DNA from: Blastocladiella emersonii ATCC 22665
Taxonomy: Eukaryota > Fungi > Blastocladiomycota
Direction of reading: 5' to 3'
NCBI GenBank assembly: GCA_025594325.1
Contig: JANHCV010000001.1
Location: 2,046,001-2,110,000, forward strand
Length of the DNA stretch: 64,000 nucleotides
A program made the position numbers and the translations under genes. Positions within the stretch are counted from its first letter, which is position 1; every line of letters starts with the position of its first letter. This document shows, piece by piece, positions 10,725-22,954 of the stretch. Under the pieces are notes generated by a model, which saw only the letters and a program-made list of their open reading frames with translations, was not told where the DNA came from and did no database searches.

Positions 10725-12397
10725 ATGGAAGCATCCTTGCGCGACCAGCTAGACCGCGCAACGCGCGAGTCGCGCGCGCTCAAGGCCAAGGCCGACCAGC
10801 TGGAGAAGGAGAACGCGGCGCTGAAAAAGTCTATCTACGAGCTGTCGGTCAAGTACAACATGCTCGCGTACCAGCACCACGCGAGCCCACAACCGCTCGA
10901 TCTGTCGGACGGCGGCACGTCCGCCAAGCCCGGCGCGCACGCTGCGCAGGCGTTCGAGGGCGGCGTCGGCGGCGTGGCGTCCGCCGCGCACCAGGTCTTG
11001 CTCGAGAACATGACGACAAGTACGCGATCTCGGGGTGCCGAGGGGTGGCAGGGATGATATTGACGCCGCAGTGTGTGTAGCGACGCGGGAAAAGCACAAG
11101 GACGGCAAGTATTTCACGCTCAAGACGGACCTCAAGGGCCACACGGGCGCCGTGTACACGGTGCAGTTCTCGCCGTGCGGCCGGTTCCTCGCGTCGGGCT
11201 CGTTCGACAAGACGGTCCGCATCTGGGACGCGACGTCGGCGCCCAAAGAGGTACGCGTATCCGCAACCGCCTCCCGCCGCGCGTTGCTGACCGTCCGATC
11301 CATAGCTCCACGTCCTAAAGCGGCACACGGTCAACGTTTCCGAAGTGTGCTGGTCCAACACGTCGCGCGAGCTCGTGTCCGCGGCGTACGACCAGACGTG
11401 CAAGACGTGGGACACGGAGACGGGCAAGCTGACGGGCTCGTACGAGTGCGAGGGGTTCGTGCAGTGCGTGCAGTTCAACCCGGCCGACAACCAGGTGTTT
11501 GTGCACGGGTCGACGCGCAAGGTGCTGGGGGTCGTGGACCGCCGCCTCGACGCGACCGCCCTGACGATCCGCACCGACGCCATGGTCAACGCCGTCCACG
11601 TCTACCGCGACGGCACCTTTGTCCTGTCGGGCGACGCCCTCGGCCAGCTCAAGCTGTGGGACCTGCGCAACATGGGCGCGTGTGTCGAGACCGTGCTCAA
11701 CGAGCCCGCCAGGAAACCCATCAGTCACCTCACGGTCAGCAAGAGCGACGACGATGACGAGCCGCGGTTCATGGCTGTCAACTCGTACGACAACGGTACG
11801 TCCTTCATCGCGGAAGATTGGCGCGTGTGGCTAGACTTACGAGTTTGATTCGTGTACGCGTAGTGATCCGCGTGTACGATCGCGGTTTTGCGCCGCCGCG
11901 GTCGCAGACGCGGCTGCTGCACTCGCTCAAGGGCCATAAGAACAAGAACTGGCCCATCAAGAGCGCCTTTTACAACGGCAACGACTGTACGCTCCCCCCC
12001 CCCCCCCCCCCCCACCGTACCACCCCTTACCCCTACTCACCCTCCCTCCCCTCGCTCCGTAGTCGTCATGTCCAGCTTCCCGCGCAACCACAGCGTGGCG
12101 ATGCCGGACGCGGACGTGCTGGACGCGAGCGCCAACGACACGGGCAAGCTGGTGCAGGACGAGCCCGAGCCGTGCATGCTGCTGGCGACGGGGAGCGCCG
12201 ACCCGTTCGCGTACCTGTACGCGGTGGGCACGTCCGAGGGCCAGACCGAGATGGTGCAGCGGCTCGAGGGCCACTCGGACCGCGTCTACTCGGTCGCGTT
12301 CCACCCGACCGAGGCCATCTTGGCAACGTGCTCGGCCGATTTCACCGTCAAGGTGTGGTCGTCGACGGGCAAGGGACGGCGCATGTTCCCGTTGTAG
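10725..12397 (+). CDS. WD40-repeat protein with N-terminal coiled coil (4 introns)
   Basis: Repeats LKGHTGAVYTVQFSPCGRFLASGSFDKTVRIWD and LEGHSDRVYSVAFHPTEAILATCSADFTVKVWS. The N-terminal heptads are LKAKADQLEKENAALKKSIYEL. Confidence 0.9.
11994..12013 (+). repeat. C20 homopolymer inside a WD40-gene intron
   Basis: 20 consecutive C are read directly. Confidence 0.9.
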
Positions 12398-12483
12398 CGG
12401 ATGAGATTGGGTCATAGGAGATGTATTCTGGAAATCGAGACGAGACGGCGCGGCACCGTCGCAGGGATGAGGAGGGAGGAGCT

Positions 12484-13604
12484 CTAGTTCTTCTTGGAGT
12501 AGTCGTAGAAGCCGGCGCCCGACTTGCGGCCGAGCTTGCCCTCGGCAACGAGCTTGTTGAGCAGGGGCGAGGGAGCGACCAGCTCCTTGCCCTTGAGGCC
12601 GTCGCCATTGGTGTACCAGCCGTCGATGATGAACTTGGTGGTGTCGAGCCCGACAAACTACGCGACACGCGGACAGTGTGAGCGATCGAACACGGGAACT
12701 GGATCCCAAAAACGACGTACGTCAGCGAGCTCAAAGGGACCCATGGGGTAGCCGGCGCCGAGCTTCATAGCGGTGTCGACGTCCGCGACCGAGGCCTCGC
12801 CGCGCTCGACGATGCGCACGGCCTCCATGAGGTAGGGGACGAGGAGGCGGTTAACGATGAACCCGGGGGTGTCCTTGCACGAGACGGGGGCCTTGCCGAG
12901 GTCGCGGCAGAACTGGAGGAGGGCGGCGTTGGTAGCGTCGGCGGTCTCGGCGGTGCGGATCACCTCGACGAGCTTCATCTGCGGGACGGGGTTGAAGAAG
13001 TGCAGGCCGGCGAAGCGGTCGAGGCGCTTGGTGGCGGCGGCAATGTCGGCGATCTTGAGCGACGAGGTGTTGGAGGCGAGGATGGCGTGGGCGGGGGCGG
13101 CCGCGTCGACGGCGGCGAACAGCTTCTGCTTGACGGCGAGGTTCTCGACAACGGCCTCGACGACGAGGTCGGCGTGGTCGGCGGCGGCGGGGCCGGCCGT
13201 CGACTTGGACACGTTGGCCATGACGGCGTCGACAAAGGCCTTGGCCTTGGCCGGGTCGTCGGCGTGCTTCTTCTGCGCGGTGCGCGTCAGCGACTTGAAG
13301 ATGATCTTCTCGCCCTTATCGAGCGCCGCGTCCGTCACGTCGACCATGGTCACCTTGCACCCAGCCTGCGCCGAGACCTGCACGATGCCGGCGCCCATGA
13401 GGCCTGCGGGGCGGGACTCGGTGTCAGCTTGTGCGGGGCGAGCGCGATCGCGGCGTATCAAGTACCGGAGCCGAAGACGGTCACGTTGCGGATCTTGGCA
13501 GCGGGGGCGGCCGTCGAGAAGGCGGCAGCCGAGGCGCCGAGCGCGGCGCGGCGGGCGGCCTGCTGGGCGGCGAAGGTGGGCGCGAGGCGGGCGAGGGAGG
13601 CCAT
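12484..13604 (-). CDS. HADH: Mitochondrial 3-hydroxyacyl-CoA dehydrogenase (2 introns)
   Basis: A targeting-like N-terminus, Rossmann motif [61 protein letters not shown] and [14 protein letters not shown]. Confidence 0.95.
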
Positions 13605-14144
13605 TGCAGCAAGAGTCGTTGATACGTGAGTGGAGCAGTGCGTATGCCGAGTCGGCAAGGAGGGCTGGGAGAGAGCGAGGTACGAAGGCGGCGAGCGGGA
13701 ACGGGCGGGGAGATCGGCGAACGGCCGACTGTTTTCAACGGAACGCGTCGTCCACCACGCGTGGGTGATGTCACTCGCCGCTTCCGCCCATCCGTGTACC
13801 GCGCCGATACGCGATGATACTACGAAATGAGGTTCAAGTGGGTTGAGCAACCTCGAGTGATCGTGGAGTGTAACTGAGGTGGTTTGACGCGTATGAGCGT
13901 GAAGCGGTGCGGAATCCGTCTCGCGACGCGGGCGGTCATCGCTGCAAGGCCGCGGCAGCGCCGCGGTCCGTGTCGCTGTTCACGTCACTGTTACAGTCGC
14001 GTGGCCGTCACCGCCCGAGAGGGAGCGACACGAGCCAGAGGCCGAGTGTGGCGCGACACGACTTCACAGGCAACCGTGAGATGGCGGGGGCGCGGAATGG
14101 ATAGGATGTATAGTGTAGACAGGGGCACGCGCGCGCGCGAGGGC

Positions 14145-14579
14145 CTACTGGCGCCAGAGGTAAAAGTACGTGAAGAAGAGGACAAACGTGACGAAAACCG
14201 TCATGTAGCACCACAGGTTGGCGTTCCCGGACCGGCCGAGGTCGCGGAGGCGGCGCGACGCGGACCCGAGCAGGCCCTCGGTGCTGACAAACGACGTGTG
14301 CATGGTGTCGAGCAGCTTGTTCGAGTCCTGCACCTCGTCGCCCATGCTGATGGCCAGGTGCTTGAGCATCCCGACCTTCTCGTACAGCCGGTCGACGTGC
14401 GCGTCGTTTTGCCGCTCCAGCGTGTACGCCCCGGTCGCCGCTGCATCGGCCCCCGATAGTGGCGCGCTCGCGTACGGGTACCCCGGCTTGCGGTTCGTGA
14501 CGCCCGGCGACCCGCCCGTGCTCGCCGCTGCGCCCGCCGCCGATGGGTAGCCGCTCGGGTAGCTTGGGTACGCGGACAT
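14145..14579 (-). CDS. BET1: Bet1-like Qc-SNARE
   Basis: SNARE motif LERQNDAHVDRLYEKVGMLKHLAISMGDEVQDSNKLLDTM followed by a C-terminal TM anchor. Confidence 0.85.
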   Translation of the reverse strand: MSAYPSYPSGYPSAAGAAASTGGSPGVTNRKPGYPYASAPLSGADAAATGAYTLERQNDAHVDRLYEKVGMLKHLAISMGDEVQDSNKLLDTMHTSFVSTEGLLGSASRRLRDLGRSGNANLWCYMTVFVTFVLFFTYFYLWRQ

Positions 14580-14810
14580 AGCTGGTTCCGTGCGATTACG
14601 TTGCAGAGAGTGTGTGCAGTGGCCCGTCGTGAGGTCCAGGATGCTTTCGGGAGCGAGGACCGAGCAGGACAGGAACAGGCAGAAGAAAGGAGCACGTCGC
14701 CATTTCACTGTGGCGCATTCAAATCACATGCGCGCGACGCCACACCCTGGACCCCAAGACCCCGGCCTGGCCGATGACTGATCCCCTCTCCTCCCCTCCC
14801 CTCTCTTGCA

Positions 14811-15660
14811 ATGAACGCCTCGCACTTCCGACCGTGCATCGACCTGCACCACGGCGCCGTCAAGCAGATCGTCGGCGGCACGCTGACCGCCGACGACGAC
14901 CTGGCCGCCCTCAAGACCAACTTCGTGTCGGCGCACCCGGCCAGCTACTACGCCGACCTGTACCGCACCCACGACCTGCGCGGCGCCCACGTCATCAAGC
15001 TCGGGCCCGGCAACGACGAGGCGGCGCGCAGCGCGCTCGCGGCGTGGCCCAGTACGGCTCTCCCTGCCGCCGCGATCGAGATGATGGCAACCCTGACCCG
15101 CATCCGCTCGTGTAGACGGCCTGCAGGTCGGCGGCGGGATCAACCTGACGAACGCGGCCGAGTGGCTGGCGGCGGGCGCGTCGCACGTCATTGTGACGTC
15201 GTGGCTGTTCGAGGACGCCAAGTTCCAGCGGTCCCGCCTCGCGGCCCTGGCGCGCGCCGTCGGCCGGGACCGCGTCGTCGTCGACCTGTCGTGCCGGCGG
15301 CAGGGCGACGCGTGGGTCGTGGCCATGGACAAGTGGACAAAGCTGACGGACCTGACGCTGTCGGCCGCGGTGCTGGCGGACCTGGCGACGGACTGCGCCG
15401 AGTTCCTCGTGCACGCGGCCGACGTCGAGGGCCTGTGCCAGGGCGTCGACGCGGACCTGGTGCGCGCGCTCGGCGAGTGGTCGCCGATCCCCGTCACGTA
15501 CGCGGGCGGTGGGCGCACGCTCGCGGACCTCGAGCTGGTCCACGACCTGAGCGGCGGCCGCGTCGACCTGACGATCGGCAGCGCGCTCGATATCTTTGGT
15601 GGGACGGGCGTCACGCTCGACGAGTGTGTGGCGTGGAACCGCGCGCACCCGCGCGCATGA
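14811..15660 (+). CDS. HIS6: ProFAR isomerase, histidine biosynthesis (one intron, about 15052-15115)
   Basis: Motifs [65 protein letters not shown] and [13 protein letters not shown]. Confidence 0.95.
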
Positions 15661-17496
15661 GTCGGCTGGCTCGCTTTATTGTGCTCATGCGGGGCTTTGC
15701 CCAAGCCATAGGCGCTGCGACCTTGAAGCTCTCGTTTCGTCACGCGACCAGATCACGTTGCTCCCAATGACATCACTCCTGTGTCGCGTTACGCCACTTC
15801 GCTTCGGCTCTCGCTTCCGCTCTGCTCCCCTCCCGTATGCTCTCCTTATTCAATGAAGCTGAATAACTCTATGCAATGAATCTCATAAATCATGAACTCG
15901 ACGGCAGGCTGGTCCCGTCTCTCCTTCAGCGCTTTTAGTGGCCCTCGTCCGGCAGCGTGGTGTTCTCGGCTCGACCGGTGACTTGAGTGCTCCGTTGGCA
16001 TCGCTTTCGCACTCTGTTCTTGCTACTGCAGGAGCGCTGCTTAGGCGAGCTCGTGAGCGGAGAAGCATGCCGCAAGATGCTTTCACGTTGCCTGAGCTTG
16101 CAGTACCTTGTCCTCTGAGGTGACCCAAGCTCGAAATTCTTGCTCATTGTGTCCTTATCCTTCCCCTGCTGTAGATGGACTCGCTATTCGTGCGCCGCCG
16201 CCGCCGCCGCTATTACTACACTGCCGTTGTCCCCGCCAGGCCTAGCGTCGCGTCGCGTCTCGTCCTGGTTACTTGCCGCGGGACTTTGCGCTGAGCGACG
16301 CGGAGCGACGAAGCCGCGTGAACCCTCGCGACGAGTAGCTACTCGATATCTCCTTCTCGGCGGTATGAGGTGCGAGCTATGTTCCGAGCAGAGCGCGCAG
16401 CTGATTTCGTTCCAGCGCAAGCATGCGCGGCTCCATCGGCTGTGCTGCTCACCGGTTTTGTTCATGATCGCTGCAACCTGGCCGGTGGCGGAACGCGCTA
16501 TTGGCTCGCTAGAACACCTTGTCGGCGAGCTCTATTTGATGCGCGCTGCGAATCATCATGACGTTCGACATCGTTGATATGCTTTCCACGCAATTTGTGC
16601 ACGTCGACCACCGCGCAGCTGAAGGCGAGCGAAAGTTGGCTGAGCAGGCCGTCGCGGCCGCTGATGCCAGCTTCTCACCAACAGGCGTGCGTCAGCACGA
16701 GCTTGACAGTCCTCCCGTTCTCGAGGTTTCACGTATTGCTGCATGGGCAAGTTTTGCCAGGTGGGGACGAGCGAGACGAAGCGCTTCGCCCATGCGTGCA
16801 TCATGATGCACACGATGTTGATTAGCGCTGACGCGTCCCACGTCGCAACGAACGTCATCCCATGGTCCGCCCTATCGCGCGTCGACCTTGCGCAACCGTT
16901 CCACAGTAGGCCCGCTTCATCTGAGCGCTCTTGGTCCGTTTCTGAGAAACCAAACTTGCTCGAGGTCTAAATCTAGGTTGTGGCATGCGATGCGCACGGT
17001 CACATTGTCGGCTGGTCTCTTAAATGAAAGCTCGTCGCGTTGCGGGAGACCACGGGGAAGTTGAGTCGCTGGAAGCGCGCGCTAAGTGAAGGAAGTAAAA
17101 GCGACCCGGTTGGCAACCTTCAGTTTGCTCCGTCCCGTCCGTAGTCGACTTAATCCAGCTCAACAGCAGGAAGGCGAGCAAAAGTGAGAGAAATAGGCGT
17201 GTCGGGACAGCTCCAACGCGCGATACTGACGCGTTGCGACCCTTTCTCTCGCGAGCCCCTCTGCGTTGTACGGGTCCGAAGCACGATCTCAGTCAGCGCT
17301 GTGCTTGATGCGAGTCCCGCGTCTCCCACTTCATAAGTCATGCAGTTCCTTGCATCACGCGTCAATCGCGCGTCTGTTGTGCAAGGTGATTGTGGCGAGA
17401 GGGCACTTGGGCAAAGCCCCGCACAGTTGACACCCGAACGAAGTGAGCGGTGGAGGTACTGGCAATATACAATGCTCTCGTGCTCTCGCTCGCGTG

Positions 17497-20110
17497 TCAC
17501 GCATCGGCACCACTGCCGCCCGCGACAGGCTGCTGCGACTGCTCGTAGAACCCGCGGATCCGGTCCGACAGCCGCTTGACCTCGAGCACCTCGGACGTGA
17601 GGCTGAGCATACTGCTGGTCGCGGTGCGGTTCTCGTGCGACGCGCCGAGCGCCGCCAGGGACCGCTGCTGCCCGCCGCCTCTCCGCTCCTCACCCTCCTC
17701 CTCGTCGCCGTCGCGGAGCGGGACCCGCTCACCCGCAACGACGGGCGTGTTGAGGTCGTCAAGCGACGCGTCGCCCGACGGCAGGTTGGACGTCGACTCG
17801 TGCGCGAGGTGCACCTCAAACTCGGCGTCGGCGGCGGACCGCGCGAGGACCGCGGCGACGAGCGGGAGGAGCGGGCGGAGCGCCGGGCCCGCGACGCGCG
17901 GGTGCGCGTCCAGCAGCACGTCGACCGTGTGCATGGCGAGGTGCACGAGCGTCCAGTCCTCGTGGTCGCGGTGGTCCTGCGCCTCGGCGGGCGGCGCGAG
18001 GAGGGCGACGAGCGTCGAGACGAGCGTGGACTCGGCGCGCAGCGCGCGGGAGAAGGCGCGGTCGGCGGCGTCGAGTTCGGCGGGCGTCGCGGTCGCGGGG
18101 AGCGGCGCGGCGAGGTTGGCGAGCGCGGCCATGGCGTTGGCCGTGACCTCGACCGCGTCCACGTCCGCGCACAGGTGCTCGAGGAAGACGAGCGCGGGCT
18201 GGACCATGGTCGCGCGCACGCCGTCGTCGGTCGCGAGGACCGCGACGCACGCGCCCATCTCGGCGCGCACCGCGTCGCTGGCGAACGCGAGCGCGGGCGT
18301 CGGCAGGCCCGGCGAGCGCCACCCGGGCACCGAGCGTTCCCAGTACTCCTGGTCCTGCGCCTCCTTGTCGTCGTCGTCATCGCTGACCTCCTTTTGGTAC
18401 CGGCTCGCCTGGCTGTTGCGGCCCGACGACATGGACAGGAGGCCGGCCGTGGACCCGTTCACGTCATTGTCCTCGTCACCGTCGCCATCTATGCCGAGGC
18501 CGTGGTACACGGACTTGTCCGAGTCGCCGCTCGGGCGTGGTCCGCGGGCCACGGAGCTGGACATGGCGGCCTGGGCGCGGGTCGCGACCCACTGGAACGT
18601 GACGAGGGCGCCGCGGTCGAGGACGAGCTGCTTGTTAGCGGCCGAGCTCGCGGCGAGGTTGCGCAGGGTCGACACGGCGTGCAGCTGGACCTCGTCGGTG
18701 ATATCGCGGGTGAGCACGGTGCCGTCGGTGGCGAGCAGCTGCTGGACCATGGGCGACCGCACGGTGCCGGCGTACCGGACGAGCGGGAGCAGGCGGTCGA
18801 CGAGCGCGACGTGCAGGCCCAGATTTCCCAGACGCAGCGACAGGTCCTCGCTGATCGACAGGTTGCGCAGGCACGCGACGGCGGCGAGGAGCAGCGGCGG
18901 GTACTCGGACTGCAGGTGCGCGACGAGCGTCGGGAGCGCCGGGCTGTGGATGATGAGCTGCTGGAAGGTCGGCGAAGAGGCGAGGTTGCGCAGCGCGAGC
19001 GCGGCCTGCGTCTGCAGGCGCAGCGGGGTCGGCGGGCTCAGGTGCTGCACGAGCATGGGCAGGAGCGAGGGGAAGTCGGCCAGGTCCGTGAGGCGGTCGC
19101 GCGATGATGCGTCGACGGCGAGGTTGGACAGCGCCGTGGTGGCGTAGTAGACGACGTCCGCGTCCGGGTGGCGCAGCAGGTCGACCATGGTCGACAGCGT
19201 GGTCGGCAGGGCGGCGAGCGGCGCGCGGTGCATCTCGGCGTGCGTCAGGTTGAGCAGCGCGCCCGTGGCGTTTCGCGCAACGCGCACGTCGGCCTCGTGG
19301 GTGAGCACGAGCAGGCGCTCGAGCAGCGGGCGCGACGCGATGGCCGACTTGGTCGCGTCGTCGGTGGCGAGGTTGGTGATGCAGCCGACCGAGTTGCAGA
19401 TGACCTCCTGGCTCGGCGACATGGTGAGCTGCAGCAGGCGGTCGAGCGTGCGCAGGGCAACGATCGCGTCCTTGTTCCCGGCGAGCACGGCGAGGTTGCC
19501 GAGGGCGGCGCTCGCGGCGCGCTGCACCTCCTCGTCGGACGACTCGAGCAGCTCGCGGATGGGCTGCAGGACGGCGAGGTCGACGACCTGCGGGTCCGAC
19601 TCGGTGACCTCGGCGAAGATGAGGGCGGCGGCGCGCACGCCCTGCATGTCCGAGTCCTGGGCCAGCGCGGTGAGCAGGCGCAGCAGGTCGCCGTGGAGGA
19701 AGTCGCTCGGCCCGTAGGCGGACAGCGGGCCGAGGAGCTGCTGGAAGTACATGCGGTAGACGGGTCGCGCTACGGTTGCCGTGATAAGGTTAGCTTGGCC
19801 CCATGGCGCGATGGAGGCAGCGCGAGACGAACGCACTCTCGATGAAAGAGGCCATGTCGGTGATGACGGAGCGGTGCGGCTCGCGCTCGACGGCGATGGG
19901 GTCGTACAGCGTGCGTTTCCGCTTGCCGGCGGCCAGGCAGCACAGCGGCCCGCCGGCGCTGCACCACCTTGGCGGGGCGGCGGGGCCTGACTCGGGCCAC
20001 AGCGGATCGCTCTCCGGGTCATGCTGCGAGCCGCCAAGCCCGGCGCAGGTGCAGCAGTAGGCGCAGCACCGGTACGGCGCGCACACGACGGCGCTGAGGG
20101 TCTGGCCCAT
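17497..20110 (-). CDS. VAC8: Vac8-like armadillo-repeat protein (intron 19770-19836)
   Basis: An MG start with Cys clusters and LYDPI...DMASFIE, then ARM repeats [52 protein letters not shown] and [11 protein letters not shown]. Confidence 0.85.
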
Positions 20111-20720
20111 TGTGCGGCGGGGGTGGTCGGTGATGATTCGTCGTCAAGTCCGCGAGCGGCGGTCAGCGATGCATAGAGTTATTTCGTGCCGTGTCTCAGA
20201 GATGAGCGAGCGGGAGGGAGAGGGAGCGCCGGGTGCGAGACACGGCACCTGCGGGAAGCAAGGCAAGCCAAGACGCGTGGCGAAACGCGTGCGCGTGGGG
20301 TCACGTTCAGGTTTTGGGCGCCGTGTCACTCGCGTGGTGGGCGTCGCGCCCACGCTGCCCCGCCGCGCTGCCCGCCCACCCTCCGCCCTCCCTCTCCGCG
20401 GCCGCCCCCACCTTCTCGGGCGACCAGTGGACCGTTGCTGTTGGCTGCCGTACTCGTTGTCGTCGCCGTCGTCGCCCGAGCACCGCCGCACGCACCGCCT
20501 GCTCCCCCTCCCTGCTACGGATCTCGCGACGCACCTGCTGCCTCTGCCCCCACGCATCAACTTGTATGTCAGTCAGCTACTCTGCTCCATGAAACGACGC
20601 CGGACAACGCGCCCAGCCGCACACGCGAACGGGCCGGCCCGCTGATGTGAGAATGATGATGATCCGCTAACCTTGTTCCCTTGCGCTCGACAGTCACCGA
20701 CTCACACGGTTACCGTCACC

Positions 20721-22733
20721 ATGGCTCTCGACGCGGTGCTCCTCACCGCCTACGTGGCCCTGCTGGTCATGGCCGTCGTGCCCATCTACATTGGCGCGCG
20801 CAAGTCGGTCGACCTGATCGAGGTCAACGCGGCCACAGGCGCGCCCGAGCGCCGCTCGCAGTCGTCGGGCGTCGACAAGGAGGTCTTCTCCTCGTCGGAC
20901 GCGTACTGGTTCCCCGTCACGGGCTCGGCCGTGCTCTTCGGCCTCTACCTCCTGTTCCGCTTCCTCGACAAGGACCACGTCAACACCCTGCTCACCGTCT
21001 ACTTTGCCCTGCTCGGCCTGCTCGCCGTCGCCTCGCTCTTCGCCGACGCCGTCTCGGGCATCGAGCGCGCCCTCGGCCTGACCCACTACGACCTCGCCCT
21101 CACCAAGGACGTGGCCGGCGCAAAGTCCGCGGGCAAGAAGGCCAAGGCCGCCGCCTCGCTCTTTGCCCTGCGCTTCACGGTCCTCACCGTCGTCACCTCG
21201 GCCATCGCCGCCCTCCTCACCGCCGCCTACGTGCTCACCAAGCACTGGATCCTCAACAACCTGTTCGGCTTCGCCTTCTCGGTCTCGGCCATTGCCCTCA
21301 TGGACCTCGACTCGTTCAAGACGGGCATGATCCTCCTCGCGGGTCTCTTCGCCTACGACGTGTTCTGGGTCTTTGGCACCGACGTCATGGTCTCGGTCGC
21401 AAAGTCGTTTGACGCCCCCGTCAAGATGCTGTTCCCCAAGGGCACCGGCTTCACCATGCTCGGCCTCGGCGACATTGTCATCCCCGGCATCTACATTGCC
21501 CTCGCCCTCCGCTACGACTACCACAACCACCTGCTCAAGCTCCAGTCGGCCGCTGCCGCCGCGACCCCCGCCGCCACCAAGGGCAAGAAGGCCGCCGCTG
21601 CCGCCCCCGTCACCGTCAAGTACTCGACCTCGTTCAGCACCCCCTACTTCACCGCGGGCTTCATTGCCTACATTGCCGGCCTCGTCACCACCGTCTTTGT
21701 CATGCACACGTTCCAGGCCGCCCAGCCCGCCCTCCTCTACCTCTCGCCCGCCTGCATCCTGTCCACGCTCCTCACCGCCCTCGTCCGCGGCGAGCTCGGC
21801 GCCGTGTTCGGCTACTCGTCTGACACCGACAAGGACCTCAAGGACACGCTCCTCGGCGTCGCGTCGGAGTCTGACGCGTCGTCGGATGAGGAGGGGGAGA
21901 AGGTTGCCACCGCCACGACCACCAAGTCGCGCAAGGCCCCCGCCGCCGCCACCAAGAAGCCCGCCACGGCCGTCACGTCGGGCGACGAGACCGAGGACGA
22001 GACCCGCAAGAACGCGGCCGCCGGCGGCAAGCGCAAGCGCCTCGAGGCCGAACGGTTCGATTTCGTCGAGCAGGCCGCCCAGCCCGTCGCCAAGCGCGTG
22101 CACTCGGACGCGGACCTGACCGCTACCGCCAACCCCGCGCCGCTCCCCGCCGTCCCGCGCTCGCGCGACCTCGCCTCGACCGGCGCCAACGACGCGCCCG
22201 TCGCCGCAACCACCACGGCGTCGATCGTCGCGGCCACGTCGAGCGCCCCCGCCGCCGTCGCTGCCGCGGCCGCCGTGTCCAAGGGCAAGGCCGCCAAGGG
22301 TAAGGCGGCCAAGGCGGCCAAGGCTGCTGCTGCCGCCGCTGCTCCGGTCGTTGCGGCCGAGCCCACCCCCGCGCCTGCTCCCAAGGCCGTGGCTGCCGCG
22401 CCCAAGAAGGCCGCCGAGCCGACGCCGGCCCCCGCTCCCGCTCCCGCCAAGGAGACGAGCCCCGTGCGCAAGCCCGCTCCCGCGGCCGCGCCGGCTCCGG
22501 CCTTCACCCCGGCGCCCATCCCCGCGCCCGTGGCGGCCGCCAACGACGACGAGTTCACGGTCGTGTCGCGCCGCTCGCGCAAGAACAACAAGCGCGCCGC
22601 CGCGGCCGCGGCTGTCCCCGCGTCGGCGACGTCGTCGGCCCGCGACGCGTCCCCGTCGCACGCGCGCGCGTCGGGCAACGGGTTCGGCGATCTCAGCAGA
22701 ATGGTGCTCCCCGACCTCGACGACTTTGAGTAA
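20721..22733 (+). CDS. Signal peptide peptidase (A22B GxGD aspartyl protease) with long low-complexity C-terminal tail
   Basis: A multi-TM ORF with HWILNN, the catalytic YD (LFAYDVFWVFGT), LGLGDIVIPG and QPALLYL. Confidence 0.95.
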   Translation: MALDAVLLTAYVALLVMAVVPIYIGARKSVDLIEVNAATGAPERRSQSSGVDKEVFSSSDAYWFPVTGSAVLFGLYLLFRFLDKDHVNTLLTVYFALLGLLAVASLFADAVSGIERALGLTHYDLALTKDVAGAKSAGKKAKAAASLFALRFTVLTVVTSAIAALLTAAYVLTKHWILNNLFGFAFSVSAIALMDLDSFKTGMILLAGLFAYDVFWVFGTDVMVSVAKSFDAPVKMLFPKGTGFTMLGLGDIVIPGIYIALALRYDYHNHLLKLQSAAAAATPAATKGKKAAAAAPVTVKYSTSFSTPYFTAGFIAYIAGLVTTVFVMHTFQAAQPALLYLSPACILSTLLTALVRGELGAVFGYSSDTDKDLKDTLLGVASESDASSDEEGEKVATATTTKSRKAPAAATKKPATAVTSGDETEDETRKNAAAGGKRKRLEAERFDFVEQAAQPVAKRVHSDADLTATANPAPLPAVPRSRDLASTGANDAPVAATTTASIVAATSSAPAAVAAAAAVSKGKAAKGKAAKAAKAAAAAAAPVVAAEPTPAPAPKAVAAAPKKAAEPTPAPAPAPAKETSPVRKPAPAAAPAPAFTPAPIPAPVAAANDDEFTVVSRRSRKNNKRAAAAAAVPASATSSARDASPSHARASGNGFGDLSRMVLPDLDDFE

Positions 22734-22954
22734 GTTGCTGGGTCGATAGCTGCGGCCCTCCCGTTTGTTGTTTTTCGTTCCTTGACAGTTTTTGGTTTCT
22801 CACGCACCACCACCACGATCAGCCTAAATATCACACGATTATTCCAAAACGCTTCCGGAAGGCTTCTGGAACCCTTCCACGGCTCACCCGCTCGCTCTTT
22901 CTCTCCGGCGAGCACTCTCTCTCCCTGCCTCGCGACTGAATGCAACAGTAGCCC

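Noticed and set aside
16184-16465. CALC...H motif as a BED zinc finger of a hAT remnant
   Set aside because: It is a single short motif with no flanking transposase similarity or TIR.
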